From an uncultured Anaerolineaceae bacterium (GTDB lineage: Bacteria > Chloroflexota > Limnocylindria > Limnocylindrales > CSP1-4), in contig CAZENL010000002.1 of the NCBI GenBank assembly GCA_964513505.1, forward strand, positions 4,261 through 68,260: 64,000 bases of DNA, written 5' to 3'. The translations under genes and the position numbers were made by a program. This document shows, in pieces, positions 1 to 8,709 of the stretch (position 1 is the stretch's first letter; each line of letters opens with the position of its first letter). The notes under the pieces were generated by a model. That model ran no database searches and had not been told where the DNA came from. It was given only the letters and a program-made list of their open reading frames with translations.

Positions 1-785
1 GCGGCCAGCACCTGGCGCACGCTGAAACCGCTGCCGGAGCCCAGGTTCATGGCCTCCAGGCCAGCCGCTGCAGCCTCCGTCCGTTCCAGCGCCGCCAGAT
101 GGGCGTCTGCCAGATCCATCACGTGAATGTAGTCCCGGATGGGTGTGCCGTCGGCGGTGGGGTAGTCCGTCCCGAAAAGCGTCGCGGATGTGCCGCTGAT
201 CACTGCCTTCAACAAGTTCGGGATGAGGTGCGTCTCCGGGTCGTGCCGCTCCCCGTTGCGTTCGCTCGCGCCGGCCACGTTGAAGTAGCGCAGGGCAATC
301 GACCGGAGGCCGTACGTCGCGTACGACCGCATCATTCCCTCGAAGGCAAGCTTGGTGGCCCCGTAGGGATTCACCGGATCCTTCGGATCGTCCTCCTCCA
401 CCGGGATCCGGCGCGGCTCACCGTAGACCGCGGCCGTGGAACTGAGGACGATGCGGTCCACCTTGGCGTCGCGCATGGCGTCCAGGAGCGCCAGGCCGCC
501 GACCACGTTCTCCTGGTAGTAGAGGGCGGGCTGTGCCACCGACTCGGCAACCAGCGAGCGCGCCGCGCAATGGAGCACAACCTCGACGCGACGCTCGGCC
601 AGCACGCCGGCGACGAACGCACGATCGCCGAAGCTGCCGACGACCAGGGAGGCCGCCGGCACGACGGAATCCGCGTGGCCGGTGCGGAGGTTGTCCAGCA
701 CCGTCACGTCGTGGCCGGCAGCCACCAGCCGCTCCACGGTCACGCTGCCCACGTAACCGGCTCCACCGGTGACCATGACGCGCAT
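1..785 (-). CDS. galE: UDP-glucose 4-epimerase (GalE-like NAD-dependent epimerase/dehydratase); 3' end lies beyond the window
   Basis: Reverse-complement translation from the ATG at 785 gives MRVMVTGGAGYVGSVTVERL... (Rossmann GxxGxxG motif), continuing with YxxxK-type SDR epimerase motifs to the window edge. It is absent from the ORF track because it is truncated. Confidence 0.75.
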   Translation of the reverse strand, partial: MRVMVTGGAGYVGSVTVERLVAAGHDVTVLDNLRTGHADSVVPAASLVVGSFGDRAFVAGVLAERRVEVVLHCAARSLVAESVAQPALYYQENVVGGLALLDAMRDAKVDRIVLSSTAAVYGEPRRIPVEEDDPKDPVNPYGATKLAFEGMMRSYATYGLRSIALRYFNVAGASERNGERHDPETHLIPNLLKAVISGTSATLFGTDYPTADGTPIRDYIHVMDLADAHLAALERTEAAAAGLEAMNLGSGSGFSVRQVLA

Positions 786-798
786 CAATGCACCCCGT

Positions 799-1092
799 TC
801 AACGTGTGATCCAGGCGGGGCGCTGGACCGTTTCTCCGCGCGTGGCCAGGATCTCGGAAAGCCGCGCCTCCATGCGCAGCGCCACGTTATTCGTACGGTC
901 GACCTCCAGGGCCCGCAACGCGAATGCATAGCCGGCGCGCAGGTCCCCCTGCTCGACTTCGCAGTTGGCGAGGCCCAGCAGGGCCTGGCTGTTGCGTGGC
1001 TCGACATCCAGGACTTCGCGGTAGATCCGGCCGGCCTGGTCGATCAGTCCCACGATCAGGAGCCGGTCGGCCTGGAGGAGGCGCTCGTTCAT
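799..1092 (-). CDS. Small TPR-like protein (~97 aa)
   Basis: An internal ATG (MNERLLQADRLL...) overlaps the stop of the upstream CCA gene as ATGA (1089-1092). The residues (ALLGLANCEVEQGDLRAGYAFALRALEVD) are TPR-like. The longer 151-aa ORF-track version has a Gly/Arg-rich N-terminus that is probably not translated. Confidence 0.45.
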   Translation of the reverse strand: MNERLLQADRLLIVGLIDQAGRIYREVLDVEPRNSQALLGLANCEVEQGDLRAGYAFALRALEVDRTNNVALRMEARLSEILATRGETVQRPAWITR

Positions 1093-2453
1093 GCACCGTC
1101 TCCTGCGTTTCCCGCGCGATGCCGCGCGACCGGTGCCAAGGGCGCCGCTTCCTCGGTCCACTGGCGTGCGTCCGCCAGCAGACGCTGGCGGGTGTTCCGC
1201 GTGGGGTCGTTGACCACCGATTCCAGCAGGCGATCCAGGAGTTGCCCGAGCCACGGACCAGGGGTGCCGCCAAGCTCGGCCAGCAGGTCCGAGCCATCGA
1301 CCGACAGGTCGGCCAGCGCGAGCGGGGCGTGCCCCTCTCGCTGGGCGTCGACACGCCCACGCAGCTCGGCCAGGTGTCCGGCGTCAGCAAGGTTGCCGCT
1401 GCCCACGTTGTCCGCCTGGCGCAGCGCCAGGAGATCGTCCACGAGGTTCACGCCGACGCGCCGCATGAAGCGCCGCACTGCCGCGTCGCTCCACTTGGGG
1501 GAGTACTCGAACATGTGCTCCTCGATCAGCCTCGCCACGTGCTCGGCATCCTTCGAAGGGTAGGCGATCCGGCTGAGCCAGCCGCGCGCGATGGCTCCGC
1601 CGGCCGTCGCGTGACCGATGAAGTGGCCATCCGCGAACGTTTCTGGCTTGCCCGAATCGTGCAGCAGCGCCGCCATCGCCAGGCGCGCGTCGCTGGGTCG
1701 CAACGCGGCCGCGGTGTCGACGGCCAGGAGCGTGTGGTCCCAGAGATCGTGGCCCGGGATCTTGTCCTGGCGCAGGCCCCGCTGGCGGGCCAGCGGTGGC
1801 AGGATCGCGGCCAGCAGGCCGGTCGTTTCCAGAATGCGGAGCCCGACCGATGGAACGGGACTCCGCAGGATCCGGCCGATCTCCGCACCGATCCGTTCTG
1901 ATGAGACCAATCGCACGTCGGCCGCGTGACGGCCGATGGCCGCCAGCGTCTGTGCCTCGATGCTCAGGTCGACCTGTGCCGCGAGGCGCGCCGCGCGCAG
2001 CATGCGCAGCGCATCCTCGTCGAAGCGCGTATCCGGATCGCCGACGGCGCGCAAAAGCCCTTCCTCGAGGTCGTGGCGCCCGTCGCTGGGATCCAGGAAC
2101 GCTGGCTCGGAAGATGAAGCCCCACGGCCCCACGCGATGGCATTCACGGTGAAGTCGCGGCGGGCGAGGTCCTCCACCGGGTCCGTGGTGAAGGTGACCT
2201 CGTCGGGACGCCGGTGGTCGCCGTACCGATGGTCGCGGCGAAAGGTGGTCACCTCGATCGCTGGTGGCACCAGCACCGTGCCGAACCGGTTCTGATACGT
2301 GCCATCGGGGAACAGCGCGAGCAGCTCGTCCGGTGTGGCGTCCGTGGAGAGGTCCCAGTTGTCCGTATCGCGGCCAAGGAGGCCGTCACGCACCCCACCG
2401 CCAACCAGGAACGCAGCGTGGCCGTGCTCCCAGAGCGCTCCCATCACGCGCAT
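1089..2453 (-). CDS. cca: CCA-adding tRNA nucleotidyltransferase (polyA polymerase family, HD domain)
   Basis: The N-terminus (MRVMGALWEHGHAAFLVGGGVRDGLLGRDTDNWDLSTDATPDE) carries the Pol-beta nucleotidyltransferase GG..RD..LG motif and DxD. The C-terminal half has an HD motif (LLHDSGK). The start was chosen at M51 of the 504-aa ORF, where the homology begins. Confidence 0.85.
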   Translation of the reverse strand: MRVMGALWEHGHAAFLVGGGVRDGLLGRDTDNWDLSTDATPDELLALFPDGTYQNRFGTVLVPPAIEVTTFRRDHRYGDHRRPDEVTFTTDPVEDLARRDFTVNAIAWGRGASSSEPAFLDPSDGRHDLEEGLLRAVGDPDTRFDEDALRMLRAARLAAQVDLSIEAQTLAAIGRHAADVRLVSSERIGAEIGRILRSPVPSVGLRILETTGLLAAILPPLARQRGLRQDKIPGHDLWDHTLLAVDTAAALRPSDARLAMAALLHDSGKPETFADGHFIGHATAGGAIARGWLSRIAYPSKDAEHVARLIEEHMFEYSPKWSDAAVRRFMRRVGVNLVDDLLALRQADNVGSGNLADAGHLAELRGRVDAQREGHAPLALADLSVDGSDLLAELGGTPGPWLGQLLDRLLESVVNDPTRNTRQRLLADARQWTEEAAPLAPVARHRAGNAGDGA

Positions 2454-2520
2454 GGCGTCCGGGTGGACGGAGAACGGCGGCTGGCCGGTCGGGCGGTCGT
2501 CGGGCGCCACGGCGCCCCTC

Positions 2521-3036
2521 TCAGTTGTGACCGAGGAACAGGTAGTCGCGCCAGGCTTCGTTGCGCGGGTCCGCGAGGTAGGGCGTGAACTGCGTGTAGA
2601 CATCGCAGCGCGGCTCGAACGGTGCGCGCGTCAGGTGCATGCGCGCTTCATCGAGCAGCTTGCCGCCCTTTCGGTGGTTGCACGCCTTGCAGGCGGCAAC
2701 CAGGTTCTCCCACGTGTGCGGCCCACCCCGGTGGCGCGGCACCACATGGTCCAGGGTCAGATCGTGCGTGGTCTTGCCGCAGTACTGGCAGGCGTGGTTG
2801 TCCCGCGCGAAGACCTCGCGGCGCGATAGTCGCACGCGCGGACGTGGCCGTTTGATCATGTACTGGAGCCGGATGATGCTGGGAGCGCGGAAGACCTCCC
2901 GCGGCGTCACCACATCGTGATGGTCGTACTGGATCACCTCGGCCTTCTCCCCGAAGACCAGGCGGAACGCTCGACGCACATCGCACACGTTGAGCGGCTC
3001 GTAATTCGAGTTCAGCAGCAGGACGACGCTATCCAC
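2521..3036 (-). CDS. HNH endonuclease family protein (171 aa)
   Basis: Contains CQYCGK...DHVVPRHRGGPHTWENLVAACKACNHRKGGK, a canonical HNH/zinc-finger nuclease motif with a Cys4 pair and the catalytic His/Asn. Confidence 0.85.
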   Translation of the reverse strand: MDSVVLLLNSNYEPLNVCDVRRAFRLVFGEKAEVIQYDHHDVVTPREVFRAPSIIRLQYMIKRPRPRVRLSRREVFARDNHACQYCGKTTHDLTLDHVVPRHRGGPHTWENLVAACKACNHRKGGKLLDEARMHLTRAPFEPRCDVYTQFTPYLADPRNEAWRDYLFLGHN

Positions 3037-3115
3037 AGCCCCTTCCCGCGGGCCGGGACTCGGCCCCGCGTCCCCCGCATCCTAGCAAGGCCTGCCAGCG
3101 TCCGCGGAACAGACG

Positions 3116-4045
3116 TTATTCCCGGTTCGTCGGGGCGCCGCTGACGGCATCCCAGCCGCCTGCCTGACCGACCTTGCTCGCCAGCGGCTTCCCCAGCGCC
3201 GCGGCAATGAAACGGGCTGTGTCGAGGATGGAGGCCAGGTCCACGCCGTGCTGGATGCCCATCCGATCGAGGAAGAAGACCAGGTCCTCCGTGGCCAGGT
3301 TTCCGGCCGCGCCGGGTGCGTATGGGCAGCCACCGGTACCACCGGTGGACGAGTCGAACGTGGCGACGCCGTCATCCAGCGCGGCCGTCACATTGGCGAG
3401 CGCCGTGCCCCGCGTGTCGTGGAAGTGGTAGGCCAGGCGATCCAGCGGCAGGCCCGCGTCCAGCAGAAGGCCGGTGAGCTCGCGAACCTGCGAGGGAACC
3501 CCAACGCCGATGGTGTCGCCAAGGCAGATCTCGTCGGCCCCCAGATCAGCGAGGCGGATGGCAACGTCGATGACCCGTGCGGGATCGACGATGCCGCTGA
3601 ACGGGCAACCGAAGGCCGTCGAGACGTACGCGCGAGTCCACATGCCGGCCTGAGCCGCCCGGGCAAGCACCGGCCGGAAGACCTCGATGGACTCGTCGAC
3701 GGTCATGCCGATGTTCGCCCTGGTGAAGGCGTCCGAGGCCGCCGTGAAGACGGCGATCGCGTCGGCGCCGGCGGCCATGGCCCGTGCAAGGCCGCGCTCG
3801 TTGGGCACGAGGACGGGGTAGCGCACCAACTGGGCATCGGGCAGCAGCGGGATCAGCTCGTCGGCATCCGCCAGCTGCGGAATGGCCCGCGGCGACACGA
3901 AACTGGTGGCCTCGATCTCGCGCAGGCCTGCCGATGCGAGCCGGCGGATGAACTCCAGCTTGACTGCCGTGGGGATGGACGCGGATTCGTTCTGGAGGCC
4001 GTCGCGCGGACCGACCTCGTAGATGCGAACGCGGTCAGGAACCAT
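3116..4045 (-). CDS. liuE: Hydroxymethylglutaryl-CoA lyase
   Basis: MVPDRVRIYEVGPRDGLQNE... has the DRE/TIM-barrel HMGL signature and the conserved GxPxG/CPYAPGAAGN C-terminal motif. Its start overlaps the stop of the upstream carboxylase gene. Confidence 0.9.
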   Translation of the reverse strand: MVPDRVRIYEVGPRDGLQNESASIPTAVKLEFIRRLASAGLREIEATSFVSPRAIPQLADADELIPLLPDAQLVRYPVLVPNERGLARAMAAGADAIAVFTAASDAFTRANIGMTVDESIEVFRPVLARAAQAGMWTRAYVSTAFGCPFSGIVDPARVIDVAIRLADLGADEICLGDTIGVGVPSQVRELTGLLLDAGLPLDRLAYHFHDTRGTALANVTAALDDGVATFDSSTGGTGGCPYAPGAAGNLATEDLVFFLDRMGIQHGVDLASILDTARFIAAALGKPLASKVGQAGGWDAVSGAPTNRE

Positions 4046-4046
4046 G

Positions 4047-6197
4047 TCAGTCCATCTCCACCAGGACATCGCCACGGCCGACCTGCTGGCCGGCCTGGAC
4101 GACGACGCGTTCCACGGTACCTGCCGAGGGCGCCGTGACCGTGTTCTCCATCTTCATGGCCTCCAGGACCACCAGCACCTGGCCGGCCTCGACCAGGTCG
4201 CCATCCGACACACGCACCTGGAGAACCGTCCCCGGCATCGGCGCCGTGACGCCAACCTTGCCCGGCGCGGAACCATGGGCATGCGCCACCGCGGAATCGA
4301 CGGTCGGCGGCGCGGCCAACTCCGCGTGGACAGCGAGGCCGTCGACGTCGATGAAGACGGCCGGGGCCGAGGCTCCAGGCTGGACGACCCACGGCAGTCG
4401 CCCGGCCGCGCCCGGATGCACGGCCACGGATCGTTCCTCCAGCCCGATCGCGACACGCAGCGCGGGACGCGCGTTGAGGCGGAAGCCCGATGTCGGTCGC
4501 CCAGCCGGTTGCCCGGTCAAGGTGGCGAGCGCGGCCGCCGCAACGGGCCATGCGGGATCCGGCGAGGGCTCGCCGCCCGGGTGCCAGGTCCGCTCGATCA
4601 GGTCGGTCGTCGTGTTCCCGGTGCGCACATCCGGATCATCGAGGAGCTGCCGAAGGAAGCCGCGATTGGTCGTAACCCCCAGCACTGAGGCCGACTCGAC
4701 CGCGGCGTGGAGCCGCGCGAGGGCATCCGCACGATCGTTCGCATGGCTCACGATCTTGGCCAGCAACGGGTCATAGCGCGTGCCGACCACGTCGCCCTGG
4801 CCGACTCCGGCATCCACGCGCACACCCGCGCCCGCGGGCCACCGCGTGCCGTGAACGCTGCCGATCGATGGGAGGAAGTCGTTCCAGGGATCTTCTGCGT
4901 AGATGCGGACCTCGATGGCATGCCCGCTCCAGGAGACATCCGCCTGGGCAAGTGCCAGCGGCTCTCCGGCAGCGATGCGCAATTGGTCGGCGACCAGGTC
5001 TCGGCCGGTGACGGCCTCCGTGACCGGGTGCTCGACCTGCAGACGGGCGTTGACCTCCAGGAAGAAGAACCCGCCGTCGGGGTCCAGCAGGAACTCGGCC
5101 GTGCCGGCCCCGACGTAGCCCGCGGCACGAACCAGGCGCAGCGCGGCGTCGCCGAGCCGCTGGCGCAGCGCAGCATTGACCGCGGGGGAAGGTGCTTCCT
5201 CCACCACCTTCTGATGGCGGCGTTGGAGCGAGCAGTCGCGCTCGCCCAGATGCACGGCATTGCCGAAAGCATCCGCCAGGATCTGCACCTCCACGTGCCG
5301 GGGATGCGGCACGTAGCGCTCCAGGATCAGGCGGTCGTTGCCGAATGCCGCGTTGGCCTCGCGCCGGGCACGTGGGAGCGCCTCCATCAGCTGCTCGTGG
5401 TCCAGCGCGACATGCATGCCTTTGCCGCCCCCGCCGGCGCTGGGTTTCACCAGCACGGGATAGCCGATCGCGGCCGCGCTGGCATGCAGCGTTTCGTCGC
5501 GCTGATCGTCGCCGTCGTACCCGGGGACGACCGGCACGCCGACGGCAGCGGCCAGCCGGCGTCCGGCGGCCTTGTCACCCAACGCCCTCATGGCCGCTCC
5601 CGACGGACCGACCCAGCGGATTCCGGCGGCGCTGACGGCGTCGGCAAAGCTCGCGTTTTCCGCCAGGAACCCGTAGCCCGGATGGATCGCGTCCGCGTTT
5701 GCGCGGCGCGCGGCGGCCAGGATGGCATCGGCGTCCAGGTACGTGCCGCTGAGATCCACGCGCTCGTCGACCTGTTGCGCCCACCAGGCCGAACGCTGGT
5801 CCTCGGCAACGAGCGCGATCGGCGTGACGCCGATCGCACGGCAGGTCCGCGCGATGCGCACGACCAGTTCGCCGCGATTGGCGATCAGCAGGCGATGGAT
5901 CGGCGCTCCAGCGACCCATGGCGCTACCGCGGCTTCGGGGACAGCGGCCGAGGGCTGCGCGGCCAAAGGCTCCGCATTCGATCCTGCGACACGATCGTCG
6001 AACGCCGATGGATGGACCTTCAGACGGTCGCCGATCTGGATGGACGGCAGCAGGCCGGCCTTGAGCCAGCGCTGCACGGTACGCGTGCTGACGCCCAGCC
6101 TCCGCGCCGCGTCCGATGGCCCGATCGGTCGCGGCTCTCGACTGCTGCCGCGCGTAGCCATCGGTCGGAGTGTCGCGTTTGTCGCCTTCTGCGTCAA
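4047..6197 (-). CDS. liuD: Methylcrotonyl-CoA (acyl-CoA) carboxylase alpha subunit: biotin carboxylase plus BCCP, with a ~95-aa N-terminal HTH (excisionase/MerR-type) extension
   Basis: Biotin carboxylase motifs (IHRLLIANRGELVVRIARTCRAIGV, ATP-grasp, EMNARLQVEHPVTE) and a C-terminal biotinyl domain (EAMKMEN) are present. The N-terminus carries LGVSTRTVQRWLKAGLLPSIQIGDRLKV, an HTH_17/MerR-like motif. The ORF-track start at 6197 is TTG; an ATG lies at 6161 (MATRGSS). Confidence 0.9.
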   Translation of the reverse strand: MTQKATNATLRPMATRGSSREPRPIGPSDAARRLGVSTRTVQRWLKAGLLPSIQIGDRLKVHPSAFDDRVAGSNAEPLAAQPSAAVPEAAVAPWVAGAPIHRLLIANRGELVVRIARTCRAIGVTPIALVAEDQRSAWWAQQVDERVDLSGTYLDADAILAAARRANADAIHPGYGFLAENASFADAVSAAGIRWVGPSGAAMRALGDKAAGRRLAAAVGVPVVPGYDGDDQRDETLHASAAAIGYPVLVKPSAGGGGKGMHVALDHEQLMEALPRARREANAAFGNDRLILERYVPHPRHVEVQILADAFGNAVHLGERDCSLQRRHQKVVEEAPSPAVNAALRQRLGDAALRLVRAAGYVGAGTAEFLLDPDGGFFFLEVNARLQVEHPVTEAVTGRDLVADQLRIAAGEPLALAQADVSWSGHAIEVRIYAEDPWNDFLPSIGSVHGTRWPAGAGVRVDAGVGQGDVVGTRYDPLLAKIVSHANDRADALARLHAAVESASVLGVTTNRGFLRQLLDDPDVRTGNTTTDLIERTWHPGGEPSPDPAWPVAAAALATLTGQPAGRPTSGFRLNARPALRVAIGLEERSVAVHPGAAGRLPWVVQPGASAPAVFIDVDGLAVHAELAAPPTVDSAVAHAHGSAPGKVGVTAPMPGTVLQVRVSDGDLVEAGQVLVVLEAMKMENTVTAPSAGTVERVVVQAGQQVGRGDVLVEMD

Positions 6198-6333
6198 CCT
6201 TGGAGCCGAACGCGATGGCGTTCAGGCTTGACAGGCAGTGCACCGTTGCCCAAATGGAGTTCGCCGAACCGTGCAGAGGGGAATCGTGGATCGACGCGAC
6301 AGGTCTTTCGTCGTGAGGCCAGGCGGGCGGGGC

Positions 6334-7455
6334 ATGCCATCGCCGCGCTCACTGCTCGCCTCTCTACCGGCAGTCGTCCTGCTGCTGGTGCTGGGCGTCT
6401 CCGGCGCCGCGGCGCGCGGGTCGCAGTTCCCGGTCGGAGATGAGGCCTTCCACACCTACTCGGAGGTCGACTCCGAATTGCATCAGATCGCGGCGGCGCA
6501 TCCCGACATCGCTCAACTTTCTTCCATCGGCAAGTCCTATCAGGGCCGGCAACTCTGGATGCTCAAGATCAGCGACAACGTCAGTGTCGACGAGCCGGAG
6601 CCGGAGGTCCTCTTCACGGGCCTGACCCATGCCCGCGAGCACCTGACCGTGGAGCAGGCCATGGCGCTGATCCACTGGCTGACCGACGGCTATGCCGGCG
6701 ACCCGCAGGTCCAGGGACTCGTCAATTCCACCGAGATCTGGATCGTTCCCATGCTCAACCCGGACGGCGGCGAGTACGACATCCGGAACGGCAAATACCA
6801 CAACTGGCGCAAGGACCGGCAGCCGACGCCGGGATCGACCGCCATCGGCACGGACATCAATCGCAACTTCCCGTACCACTGGGGCTGCTGCGGAGGATCG
6901 AGCTCCAACCCGCTGGCGATCACCTACCGGGGTCCCGCACCCCTCTCCACGCCGGAAGCTCGAGCGGAGGCCAACTTCGTGCAGTCGCGCGTCATCGGCG
7001 GGCAGCAGCAGATCACGCTGGCCATCTCGTTCCACAGCTTCGGCGCCCAGGTGCTCTACGAGTACGGCTACACCACCAACCCGCGGCCCGCGGACATGCC
7101 CAGGAAGGACCACAAGGCCTTGGTCGCGCTGGCCAAGGGAATCGCGTCAAGGAACGGCTATCACGCGCTCCAGGGGAGCCATAACTACATCACCAGCGGC
7201 GGCTTCGGGGACTGGGCCTTTGGCACCCAGGGGATCCTGCACTTCACCATCGAGCTGGCGCCACAGACGACCCGCCAGGGCGGTTTCTACCCGGCAGGCA
7301 GCCAGATCCCGCAGCTCACGCAGAACAACCGCGCGGCGCTGCTCTGGTTCATCGGGCAGGCAGGCTGCCCGTATGACGCGGCCGGCATCACGCACATCTG
7401 TTCGGCGGCGTCCACGTCGGCGGACGCGTCCCTGCGCGAGATGCGGGACCTCTAG
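6334..7455 (+). CDS. Secreted zinc carboxypeptidase, peptidase M14 family
   Basis: Signal peptide MPSPRSLLASLPAVVLLLVLGVSGAAA. M14 motifs are the HxxE zinc ligand (LTHAREHLTVE), NPDG and a downstream His. The ORF-track start at 6238 is an upstream in-frame extension. Confidence 0.85.
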   Translation: MPSPRSLLASLPAVVLLLVLGVSGAAARGSQFPVGDEAFHTYSEVDSELHQIAAAHPDIAQLSSIGKSYQGRQLWMLKISDNVSVDEPEPEVLFTGLTHAREHLTVEQAMALIHWLTDGYAGDPQVQGLVNSTEIWIVPMLNPDGGEYDIRNGKYHNWRKDRQPTPGSTAIGTDINRNFPYHWGCCGGSSSNPLAITYRGPAPLSTPEARAEANFVQSRVIGGQQQITLAISFHSFGAQVLYEYGYTTNPRPADMPRKDHKALVALAKGIASRNGYHALQGSHNYITSGGFGDWAFGTQGILHFTIELAPQTTRQGGFYPAGSQIPQLTQNNRAALLWFIGQAGCPYDAAGITHICSAASTSADASLREMRDL

Positions 7456-7907
7456 CGCTCGGGCTCGTCCTCGCTCATTGACGCCACCTCTGCAGGGGTC
7501 GCCGCCTTTTGTCGTGGCGCCACCCGCGGTCGCCGCAGGCCCTTCGTTCGGGCGGCCGCCGCGGCGCCCGGCTCGGGCTCGCTGATGACGCCCTCGCCCG
7601 GCAATCCGATGCCGATGACCGTGCCGTCCGCCGTCCTCACTACGCCCGCGCTGTCGCGCTGCATACGCTGGATCGACGCCGGGTCGCGGAAGATGTCCGC
7701 ATCGATGCCGTGCATGATCCCGGCGATCGCCGGGCCAAAGCCACCGGAACCGGTCCGGCGAAGGGGTCGCAGGTCCTCGTCCGGCGCCCCAACTGGCGCG
7801 CCCGTCCCCTGGGCTTCGGGAGCGCCTGCGGCGGGTGAAGCGGTCGCGGGTGTCAGCGGGGCAGCCCGCCGTCGGGGGGTGATGAGTTCCTTGCGCTTGC
7901 TAGCCAT
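7452..7907 (-). CDS. Hypothetical protein (~151 aa, basic N-terminus, Ala/Pro-rich)
   Basis: An internal ATG (MASKRKELITP...) overlaps the stop of the upstream enoyl-CoA hydratase by 8 nt. A conserved-looking core (GFGPAIAGIMHGIDADIFRDPASIQRMQRD) is present but no recognised domain. Confidence 0.4.
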   Translation of the reverse strand: MASKRKELITPRRRAAPLTPATASPAAGAPEAQGTGAPVGAPDEDLRPLRRTGSGGFGPAIAGIMHGIDADIFRDPASIQRMQRDSAGVVRTADGTVIGIGLPGEGVISEPEPGAAAAARTKGLRRPRVAPRQKAATPAEVASMSEDEPER

Positions 7908-8709
7908 CTGAATCGACCTTCCATGCGGGCTCGCGGCGCTCCATGAACGCGCGCAGCCCTTCTTGTCCCTCTGGACTGATCCGTTGCGTGGCGATCCGGC
8001 GCGCCGTGTGCCAGCGCGTCGATTCGTGGGGCAGCCCCCGAACTTCGCGCACGATCGCTTTGGCGGCTCTGGCTGCGGTAGGACCGGCGGCCAGGATGTC
8101 CGCGACCGCCTGGTCGACGGCCGCGTCGAGCGCATCGGGTCCCTCGACCACTTCATGCACGAGACCGATCCGCAGGGCACGCATGGCATCGAAACGGCGG
8201 CCGCCCGGGAACAGTGCACGTGCCTGGCTCTCGCCGATCTTGGCGATCACGAATGGCGCGATCACCGCGGGCAGAATGCCCAGCCGCGTCTCCGTGAACC
8301 CGAACTTGGCGCCCGATTCGGCAATCACCAGGTCGCTGACCGCGCACAGCCCCATGCCGCCCCCCATGGCCGCGCCGTGGACGCGGGCGATGACGGGGAC
8401 TGGGCACGTGTCGATGGCGTCATACATGTGCGCCAGCATCATGGCGTCCTGCTCGTTGCCCTCGCGATCGAGCTCAAGGCTCGCGCGCATCCAGGCGACG
8501 TCGCCGCCGGCGCAGAAGGACGGGCCATTTCCCGCCAGCACCACCGCCCGCAGGGTCTTGGGTTCCTCGCGTGCCAGGCCGGCGAATGCACGCCGAATTT
8601 CATCGATGAGGCCGGCGTCGAACGCGTTGTGCACCTCGGGCCGGTTGAGGGTCACCCGCGCGACGACGTTTCCCGGCCCGGAATGCTGGATCTGGAGGCG
8701 GTCGCTCAT
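7900..8709 (-). CDS. liuC: Enoyl-CoA hydratase/isomerase (crotonase fold); probable methylglutaconyl-CoA hydratase
   Basis: The crotonase signature (VVLAGNGPSFCAGGDV...GAAMGGGMGLCAVSDLVIA) is present, and the gene sits in the liu-like context. Confidence 0.85.
   Translation of the reverse strand: MSDRLQIQHSGPGNVVARVTLNRPEVHNAFDAGLIDEIRRAFAGLAREEPKTLRAVVLAGNGPSFCAGGDVAWMRASLELDREGNEQDAMMLAHMYDAIDTCPVPVIARVHGAAMGGGMGLCAVSDLVIAESGAKFGFTETRLGILPAVIAPFVIAKIGESQARALFPGGRRFDAMRALRIGLVHEVVEGPDALDAAVDQAVADILAAGPTAARAAKAIVREVRGLPHESTRWHTARRIATQRISPEGQEGLRAFMERREPAWKVDSDG

Noticed and set aside
99-809. 236-aa + ORF at the window start
   Set aside because: It is antisense to a clear GalE reading frame (MRVMVTGGAGYVG...) and its composition is Arg/Gly/His-rich, typical of high-GC antisense.
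769-2133. Stack of overlapping + and - ORFs (769..1563, 924..1901, 887..1390, 1384..2133)
   Set aside because: All overlap the well-supported CCA-enzyme frame, and their translations are low-complexity Arg/Pro/Gly-rich.
6198-6333. Weak inverted repeat TGCACCGTT-N19-AACCGTGCA as a stand-alone regulatory feature
   Set aside because: It has one mismatch and long spacing and is not convincing alone. It is kept only as a test site under the HTH-carboxylase finding.
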